From NCBI RefSeq assembly GCF_018336915.1, contig NZ_CP064923.1, forward strand, positions 4,656,822-4,680,821: a stretch of DNA of 24,000 nt. The letters run 5' to 3'. Under the pieces are notes generated by a model. That model did not search any database and was not told where the DNA came from. It saw nothing but the letters and a program-made list of their open reading frames with translations. This document shows, in pieces, positions 18,186-24,000 of this stretch; position 1 is the stretch's first letter; each line of letters begins with the position of its first letter. This DNA comes from Acaryochloris marina S15. Its GTDB lineage: Bacteria; Cyanobacteriota; Cyanobacteriia; Thermosynechococcales; Thermosynechococcaceae. Both the position numbers and the translations under genes were made by a program.

Positions 18186-19211
18186 TTGGGCGTGAACAGA
18201 CTGTTAAAAAAACGCCATCTAGTCTTGATTGTTTTGTTCGCGGTGGCATCGCTACTGTCATTACAATTGGCACGGATGACTGAGCAACCTGTGATTGCCA
18301 AACTGGGGCCACCCGTTACGGCTGCTGGTGATGAGCCAATTGAACCGATCCCGATGCAGGTTTCCTTAAATATGGAAAAAGTGGTTTTGGGTAAGCAGCT
18401 GTTCCATGATCCGAAACTTTCTAAGACGAACAATATTTCTTGTGCCAGCTGCCATGACTTATCGATGGGTGGCACCGATCGCCTACCGGTCTCCATCGGT
18501 ATTAACGGTGAAAAGGGGACGATTAATTCCCCCACGGTCTTCAATAACAGCTTTCACTTTAAGCAATTTTGGGATGGCCGAGCCTCAAGCTTGGAAGAGC
18601 AAATCGAGGGGCCTGTCCATGCGGGCAATGAGATGGGATCGAGTTGGCCTGAGATTATTGGCAAGCTGAAGCAGTCGCCTGAATATGTGAATGCTTTTAA
18701 CGAGCTCTATGACAGCGATATTTCTGCTGACCATATCAAGGATGCGATCGCAACTTTCGAACGCTCCCTCTACACCCCCAACTCTAAATTTGACCAATTC
18801 CTTCGGGGCAATGCTGACGCCTTAAGCAAAGACGAGAAAGAAGGCTATCGACGCTTTAAAGGCTATGGCTGTGTCGCCTGTCACCAGGGCGTGCTGCTCG
18901 GCGGCAATATGTATCAGAAATTTGGGGTTTTTGGTGACTACATCAAAGATCGCGGGGACGAAACCAAAGCGGATCTGGGACGCTACAACGTCACCGGCAA
19001 AGAAGACGACCGCTACATGTTTAAGGTACCAAGCTTAAGAAATATCGCCTTAACGGCTCCCTATTTTCATGATGGGTCCTCTAAAACCCTAGATGAAGCC
19101 GTCAAAATCATGGTCAAATATCAACTCGGTCGCGAGGCAGATCAAGAAGACGTTGACCTAATTATCAAGTTCTTAAATACCTTAAACGGTGAAATTAAAG
19201 AGGTCGCCTAA
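18186..19211 (+). CDS. Secreted di-haem cytochrome c peroxidase / MauG family protein
   Basis: Two haem c motifs, CASCH (aa 86-90) and CVACH (aa 229-233). Family motifs are FWDGRA, VPSLRNIALTAPYFHDGS and MVKYQLG, with an N-terminal signal/anchor LVLIVLFAVASLLSLQLA. GTG 18192 sits 9 nt after AGGAGG and may be the true start rather than TTG 18186. Confidence 0.9.
   Translation: MGVNRLLKKRHLVLIVLFAVASLLSLQLARMTEQPVIAKLGPPVTAAGDEPIEPIPMQVSLNMEKVVLGKQLFHDPKLSKTNNISCASCHDLSMGGTDRLPVSIGINGEKGTINSPTVFNNSFHFKQFWDGRASSLEEQIEGPVHAGNEMGSSWPEIIGKLKQSPEYVNAFNELYDSDISADHIKDAIATFERSLYTPNSKFDQFLRGNADALSKDEKEGYRRFKGYGCVACHQGVLLGGNMYQKFGVFGDYIKDRGDETKADLGRYNVTGKEDDRYMFKVPSLRNIALTAPYFHDGSSKTLDEAVKIMVKYQLGREADQEDVDLIIKFLNTLNGEIKEVA
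18744..18751. repeat. HIP1 palindrome GCGATCGC
   Basis: Exact octamer read in the sequence. Confidence 0.95.
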
Positions 19212-21991
19212 TGCAGAAACAAAAACTTCTAGGCCTCCTCGGGGTCTCCGGTGCCCTGGTCTTGTTTGGCGGCCTGATTGCCAAAAGCTTATCCGTTGAC
19301 AACCAACAGCATCAGCAATATCGCACCTTAATGGCTCAACAGTTGGACAAAGATGCCACTGTTAACCAAAGTGTCCTTAAAGCCAGATATGCGTTATTGA
19401 CCTCCTACGATCCCCTCGTCCGGGCTATGTCCGAACAGCTCGATTTACAGGAGGATCTCAAGCAAGTTCCTGGGTTTATTGGCAATCAACAGACCCTTTT
19501 ATCTCAGCTCAGCGAGAACAACCAAGTCTTTACTCAGAAAGAAGAGTTAGTTGAATCTTTCAAATCCAAGAACGCTATCCTCAAAAACTCCTTAACCTAC
19601 TTACCAGAGCTAGTAAAAGAGGTTCGCACGGGCTCTGCAAAAGGAATATCCGGGGATGAGGCGATTCAGCTGGAAAGCCTATTAGATAATGTCTTACTGT
19701 ACAGCTTGTCGTCAGATGAAGATCTAGTTTCCCAGATCGAAACCCAAATCGCTCAATTAAAGGGTAAAAAATCCAAGGGCATTCAATTGGCCCTTGCCCA
19801 TACCCAGATGATTCTGGAGTACAAGCCCCAGGTCGATGCCTTAACCCGCGATATTCTGAAGCTGCCCACGGCCAAAGCCATCAGCACTTTAGAAACGGCT
19901 TATATCAATCAATATGATGGGGCAACTCAAACAGCCGACCTATTTCGACTACTCAGCTTCGGCTGCTTGTTAGTTCTCGTCAGTGGCGGTGCCTATTTGG
20001 TAGTGCGGCAACAGCGTCGTTCTAGTGAGCGGGTATCCGGTATTCTCAGCAGTTTGACCGATGCCTTTGTGGCTCTGAATCCCCAGTGGCAAATCACGTA
20101 TATCAACGATAAAGCCGCTGAGATTCTGCAAGAAGATCCCGTACAGTTGCTCAACCAAGATTTCTGGCAAAGTTTTCCTGACCTCCTGGGTGCCGATCAT
20201 TTAACTGAGTATCGACAAGCCCTGAAAGAGAAAACCAAGACCTCCTTCGAGGTGTTTTATCCCCCCAGCAAAATGTGGTTGGAGATTCGCGTCTATCCCA
20301 GCGTGGACGGACTATCCTTGTTCTTCCAAGATGTGACGATGCGCAAGGAGGCTGAAGACAGCCTGAAGCAAATGAACCAAGAGCTAGAGACCCGGGTCAA
20401 GGCTCGTACATCTCAGTTAGCATCCAGTATGGAAGCCGCCGAAGAAGCGCGGGAGAAAGCGGAAGAAGCCAATAAGAGTAAGAGTGAATTCTTGGCCAAT
20501 ATGAGCCATGAACTCCGAACTCCCCTCAACGCCATTATTGGTTACAGCGAAATGCTGGAAGAGGATGCCGAGGATATGGGACAAGATGACTTTGTCCCCG
20601 ATTTACAGAAAATTTCTGGGTCGGCAAAGCATCTTCTAGAACTGATCAACTCTGTTCTAGACCTCTCGAAGGTCGAAGCGGGACGCATGGAACTCTATTT
20701 AGAGTCCTTTGAAATCGCCCCCATGGTCAGAACCATTGCTGCCACCTTACAGCCTATTGCCGAGAAGCAAAGCAACATGGTTTCCCTGCATTGTCCTGAG
20801 AATATTGGGACGCTGTATGCTGACCAAACCAAAGTTCGTCAGAGTTTGTACAACTTACTCAGTAATGCCTGTAAGTTCACACAATCCGGCGAAGTGAGCC
20901 TCACCGTATCGGAAGATGCTGGGGAAGAGATTGTCTTTAGCATTAGAGATACTGGCATTGGCATGACCCCAGAACAGCTGGAAAAAGTGTTCAAAGCCTT
21001 TACCCAAGCAGATGCGTCCACTACCCGCAAATATGGGGGAACCGGACTGGGCCTCACTATCACCAAGCAGTTCATTGAGATGATGGGCGGGCATATTTCG
21101 GTAACCAGCCAATATGGCTACGGCACCGAGTTTACGATCCATATTCCTCGCCAAGTGGAATCAGAAACTGCAGCATCCATTCCAACTCCATCTGCGCCCA
21201 TCGAACTGAGTAAGATTTCTTTACCCAAAACGGCGAAAGGACAGCCGGGTGGGACAGTACTCGTGATTGATGATGACGAGTATGCCCGTGACATCATGCA
21301 GCGGTTTTTAACAGATGCTGGTTATGATGCGGTGGTATCGCCTTCGGGGATAGAGGGGCTACAGCTGGCTGAAGATCTCATGCCTGACATGATTATTTTG
21401 GATGTCTTGATGCCAGAACTCGATGGCTGGTCAGTCCTTCAGAATCTCAAGGGCAGTGCCAAATTAGCAGATATCCCCGTTATTATGATGACGATGGTGG
21501 ATGCCGAAAAAGTCGGTTTCTCCCTGGGTGCGACTGACTTCCTGACCAAACCCTTACAGCGAGATCGGCTACTGGAACTGTTGGATAAATATGTCACAAC
21601 AGCAGATCGCAACTGGATGTTAGTGATTGAGGATGACCTGCCTTCCCAGGAAATGCTAGGTCGCATACTCGAACGGGAAGATTGGCCCTACAAAACAGCG
21701 GGCAATGGCAAACAAGCCCTCGAAGTCCTCGGTGATCATGGCGTCCCAGATTTAATTTTCTTAGATCTGATGATGCCAGAGATGGATGGCTTTGAGTTCC
21801 TGAAGGTACTGCGGCAAAATCCAGACTGGCAGAATGTCCCTGTGATTGTGGTTTCGGCGAAAGATCTCACAGCCAGTGAGCGTCTAGAGCTGGGAGATGC
21901 GGTCCAAAGTATTCACCAAAAAGGACAGCTCGATCGCGAGGAATTGCTAGAAGAGGTTCAAGACTTTATCGAAATTGCCGCTGGTAATTAG
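19211..21991 (+). CDS. Hybrid sensor histidine kinase: TM, ~215-aa all-helical extracytoplasmic sensor (DAHL-like), TM, PAS, HisKA, HATPase_c, REC, REC
   Basis: TM1 is aa 6-25 and TM2 aa 245-265. PAS is aa ~275-380. H-box [11 protein letters not shown] (H433), N-box LLSNACKF, G1 IRDTGIGM, G2 GGTGLGL. REC D731 and REC D852. The ATG overlaps the upstream TAA (TAATG at 19209-19213). The DAHL assignment rests only on remembered motif similarity ([21 protein letters not shown]). Confidence 0.92.
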   Translation: MQKQKLLGLLGVSGALVLFGGLIAKSLSVDNQQHQQYRTLMAQQLDKDATVNQSVLKARYALLTSYDPLVRAMSEQLDLQEDLKQVPGFIGNQQTLLSQLSENNQVFTQKEELVESFKSKNAILKNSLTYLPELVKEVRTGSAKGISGDEAIQLESLLDNVLLYSLSSDEDLVSQIETQIAQLKGKKSKGIQLALAHTQMILEYKPQVDALTRDILKLPTAKAISTLETAYINQYDGATQTADLFRLLSFGCLLVLVSGGAYLVVRQQRRSSERVSGILSSLTDAFVALNPQWQITYINDKAAEILQEDPVQLLNQDFWQSFPDLLGADHLTEYRQALKEKTKTSFEVFYPPSKMWLEIRVYPSVDGLSLFFQDVTMRKEAEDSLKQMNQELETRVKARTSQLASSMEAAEEAREKAEEANKSKSEFLANMSHELRTPLNAIIGYSEMLEEDAEDMGQDDFVPDLQKISGSAKHLLELINSVLDLSKVEAGRMELYLESFEIAPMVRTIAATLQPIAEKQSNMVSLHCPENIGTLYADQTKVRQSLYNLLSNACKFTQSGEVSLTVSEDAGEEIVFSIRDTGIGMTPEQLEKVFKAFTQADASTTRKYGGTGLGLTITKQFIEMMGGHISVTSQYGYGTEFTIHIPRQVESETAASIPTPSAPIELSKISLPKTAKGQPGGTVLVIDDDEYARDIMQRFLTDAGYDAVVSPSGIEGLQLAEDLMPDMIILDVLMPELDGWSVLQNLKGSAKLADIPVIMMTMVDAEKVGFSLGATDFLTKPLQRDRLLELLDKYVTTADRNWMLVIEDDLPSQEMLGRILEREDWPYKTAGNGKQALEVLGDHGVPDLIFLDLMMPEMDGFEFLKVLRQNPDWQNVPVIVVSAKDLTASERLELGDAVQSIHQKGQLDREELLEEVQDFIEIAAGN

Positions 21992-22037
21992 ATAGAGACC
22001 TTGAGACTATTCCGGTAAATTCCACTCCGCCTAATCC

Positions 22038-22080
22038 CAGAAGCCAGAGCCCAAGAAATCGCTCTGGCTTCTGCTGTTAT
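22038..22080 (+). terminator. Hairpin downstream of the hybrid kinase gene (possible terminator)
   Basis: Perfect 13-bp stem CAGAAGCCAGAGC (22038-22050) / GCTCTGGCTTCTG (22061-22073) with a 10-nt loop. The T tail is weak (CTGTTAT). Confidence 0.45.
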
Positions 22081-22256
22081 AGACTGCGGCCCATCAGTTC
22101 AAAGCTGGGAGGTAAGCCTATTATCCTTCGCAGCTATGTTTGCTACCGCCCTCATTTTTCAAAGAATGAGTCTGGCATAGATCCAAGCATGGGCAGGTTA
22201 CGTATATCTAATCAGTAGGCGTTAGCGCCACTCAGTATCGTCATGGGAAATCAGTC

Positions 22257-22754
22257 ATGAAATTCAACTGCCGGCCCGTCGGAATAGAGTTTCTGGACAA
22301 TGCGCCCGTTCAATTTGTGAATCAGGTGGAACTCGCCGCATCACCAGCCCAGGTATTTGCGATCTTTGAGAAAGCAGAGGCATGGCCCCTCTGGTACAAA
22401 GAAATTGTCAAGGTGGAATGGCATGGTCCTCAACCCTATGGTGTCGGCACCACTCGCACGGTCAAGCTGACCACAGTAACCGTAGAAGAACATTTCTTTG
22501 TCTGGGAGCAGAACGAGCGCTTGGCGTTTTGCTTCACAGCCATGAGCCTTCCCCTCGTCCATGCCTTAGTTGAAGAATATCGACTCACTCCCCTGGGGGA
22601 ACATCGGAGTCAATTCACTTATAAAGTTGGCTTAGAACTCTCATTTTGGCTGCGTTTGGGCGGGCCATTGATTCTCAAGGTCTACGAGAAGATGTTTCGG
22701 CAAGCGACAACAAATTTAGCGGAGTATATCCTGAATCAACCCGTTATCCCCTAA
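22257..22754 (+). CDS. SRPBCC superfamily protein (polyketide cyclase/dehydrase-like, START fold)
   Basis: 165 aa of typical size and pattern (F....E.WP.WY..I..VEW........G..R.V........V.E.F..WE....). The assignment comes from overall pattern and is moderate. Confidence 0.6.
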   Translation: MKFNCRPVGIEFLDNAPVQFVNQVELAASPAQVFAIFEKAEAWPLWYKEIVKVEWHGPQPYGVGTTRTVKLTTVTVEEHFFVWEQNERLAFCFTAMSLPLVHALVEEYRLTPLGEHRSQFTYKVGLELSFWLRLGGPLILKVYEKMFRQATTNLAEYILNQPVIP

Positions 22755-22846
22755 CATCGGATTGTCTCGCAACCTTGTGGCCAATGCCTTGAACATTTGA
22801 GGGAGTATAAACACTCTAGACTCAGATCAAAGCCAAAAAATTGAGA

Positions 22847-23488
22847 TTACCAATACTGCCAAGCTGAATTAGTCAGAATATAAACCCCTAGAGCAAGATT
22901 CGTCGTGCTATGGGCAATTATGCAGGCATAAAGACTCTTAGTGGCCTTGAGCAAAAGGGTATACAGAACTGCACAAATAATGGCGACAAGCCACTCGCTA
23001 TGGAGCAGGCCAAACAAGATAGATGAAATGGCAAACGCCCCCCAGGTAAAGGTACCCACGGGTATTTTCTGAAATTCAGGTACGCTCAAGTATCGCAGGA
23101 GAAAAGACCGCCAAAAGATCTCCTCCATAATCGGCACCATCACCACCAAACCATAGAAGCGGAAAGCCAAAAAGACCGGCAAGATCCAGCCTTGCAAGCT
23201 GACGAAGGGATTGTAGCCGACTCGCTCGCCTAAATGGGGATAGGGTATCCACTGATCGAAGAGAATCCATTCAGCAAAAACGATGAGACCGACTGCGATC
23301 GCAGTTATCGTTACCTTGGCACTCGGTCGTATATCCTGCCAGGGGCGAGCCAAAAGTCCCAGCAGCATAGACACCACAATCACCTTTACCCCATAGAGCC
23401 AGGGATAGGCACCAGGCCATACCCCTTCCACAGTGGTAATCAACATAAAAGTAGCCATCGGGGCTACATAGGCAACCCAAGGCGGCAT
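22847..23488 (-). CDS. CPBP family intramembrane glutamic endopeptidase (CAAX protease-like)
   Basis: Polytopic membrane protein with CPBP motif 1 EEIFWRSFLL, motif 2 FGLLH, and motif 3 HSTTN. It lies 24 bp downstream of btpA on the same strand. Confidence 0.85.
   Translation of the reverse strand: MPPWVAYVAPMATFMLITTVEGVWPGAYPWLYGVKVIVVSMLLGLLARPWQDIRPSAKVTITAIAVGLIVFAEWILFDQWIPYPHLGERVGYNPFVSLQGWILPVFLAFRFYGLVVMVPIMEEIFWRSFLLRYLSVPEFQKIPVGTFTWGAFAISSILFGLLHSEWLVAIICAVLYTLLLKATKSLYACIIAHSTTNLALGVYILTNSAWQYW
23295..23302. repeat. HIP1 palindrome GCGATCGC
   Basis: Exact octamer read in the sequence. Confidence 0.95.
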
Positions 23489-23512
23489 ATCAATACGTAG
23501 CTCGCGTAAAAT

Positions 23513-24000
23513 TTATGACTCGAGCATAACCGATGATTTCACATTCGCTGTGTCTTGATTAGTTAAGCTGCGGCGCATGGCTTCCACAAATCGACTGACA
23601 CGAATGGGATCAATAGGCTGATCGATCTGACCACGACGCTTAAGGGAGCTAGACACAATGGCTCCATGGGCAGATTGAATCAAGCTAGGAATGTTTTCCC
23701 AATTAGCACCACTGCCAATAAAGACAGGAACGTCTTTGGCGGCATCAATCGCCAATTCTAAATCACCCAAATTGGGCGGACTACCCGTTTCCCAACCAGA
23801 GATAATAATGCCATCCGCCAACCCCCGCTCGATGGTTTCATGCACCGTTGTGGTCAGATTGGGAGAGCCCAAAGGACGGGCATGTTTGACGAGGACATCG
23901 GCAAAAATCTTGACGTCGCTCCCCAGTTCGCGGCGATACCGGAGTAGACGGTGGGCTTCCCCTTCAATCAACCCTTGATCCGTTTCCATCACCCCTGTCA
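23513..24000 (-). CDS. btpA: BtpA/SgcQ family protein (photosystem I biogenesis protein BtpA), C-terminal part; N-terminus beyond the window end
   Basis: BtpA-like segments are TDQGLIEGEAHRLLRYRRELGSDVKIFADVLVKHARPLG, GLADGIIISGWETG and FIGSGANWENI. The reading frame stays open to nt 24000, so the GTG/ATG at 23992/23989 is internal. Confidence 0.85.
   Translation of the reverse strand, partial: TGVMETDQGLIEGEAHRLLRYRRELGSDVKIFADVLVKHARPLGSPNLTTTVHETIERGLADGIIISGWETGSPPNLGDLELAIDAAKDVPVFIGSGANWENIPSLIQSAHGAIVSSSLKRRGQIDQPIDPIRVSRFVEAMRRSLTNQDTANVKSSVMLES

Noticed and set aside
17971-18195. 74-aa ORF in the divergent spacer, ending at the peroxidase start
   Set aside because: It is AT-rich with odd Phe/Tyr/Ile/Asn-heavy composition, has no motif, and has weak start context. 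It is probably a chance ORF in AT-rich DNA. It would become interesting only if conserved or ribosome-protected.
1-24000. Search for CRISPR arrays, IS elements or transposases, integrases, phage genes and toxin-antitoxin pairs
   Set aside because: No regularly spaced direct repeats, terminal inverted repeats, or DDE, tyrosine- or serine-recombinase motifs were seen in any ORF. The window looks like core chromosome.

Overview
The window looks like a cyanobacterial chromosomal segment. Support: the HIP1 palindrome GCGATCGC occurs 7 times in 24 kb, ferrochelatase carries a C-terminal chlorophyll-binding (CAB) helix, thiE has the long N-terminal extension, and btpA and a ClpC-type Clp ATPase are present. 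I can support 22 protein-coding genes, two of them truncated by the window edges. Most are housekeeping: ABC-F ATPase, a secreted S1 protease-TPR protein, rimI, clpC, a CDF metal exporter, an RlpA-like protein, ttcA, thiE, thiS, hemH, an SRPBCC protein, a CPBP protease and btpA. I found no rRNA, tRNA, CRISPR array, transposase or integrase, and no recognisable riboswitch. The most interesting part is a divergent four-gene locus at 15442-21991. One arm encodes a Tat/lipobox Rieske lipoprotein followed by a REC-REC protein ending in a catalytically dead Ser/Thr-kinase-like domain. The other arm encodes a secreted di-haem cytochrome c peroxidase whose stop codon overlaps (TAATG) the start of a hybrid histidine kinase (TM, helical extracytoplasmic sensor, TM, PAS, HisKA/HATPase, REC, REC). 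I read this as a candidate uncharacterised periplasmic or lumenal redox/peroxide-sensing phosphorelay, and that reading is inference only. Secondary observations are two convergent gene pairs that share a CTAG as overlapping stop codons, a 520-bp AT-rich divergent intergenic region, a secreted modular Pro-rich protein with a SPOR-like end, and a membrane-protein pair with an apparent TTG start. All family assignments come from motifs read by eye, with no database search.
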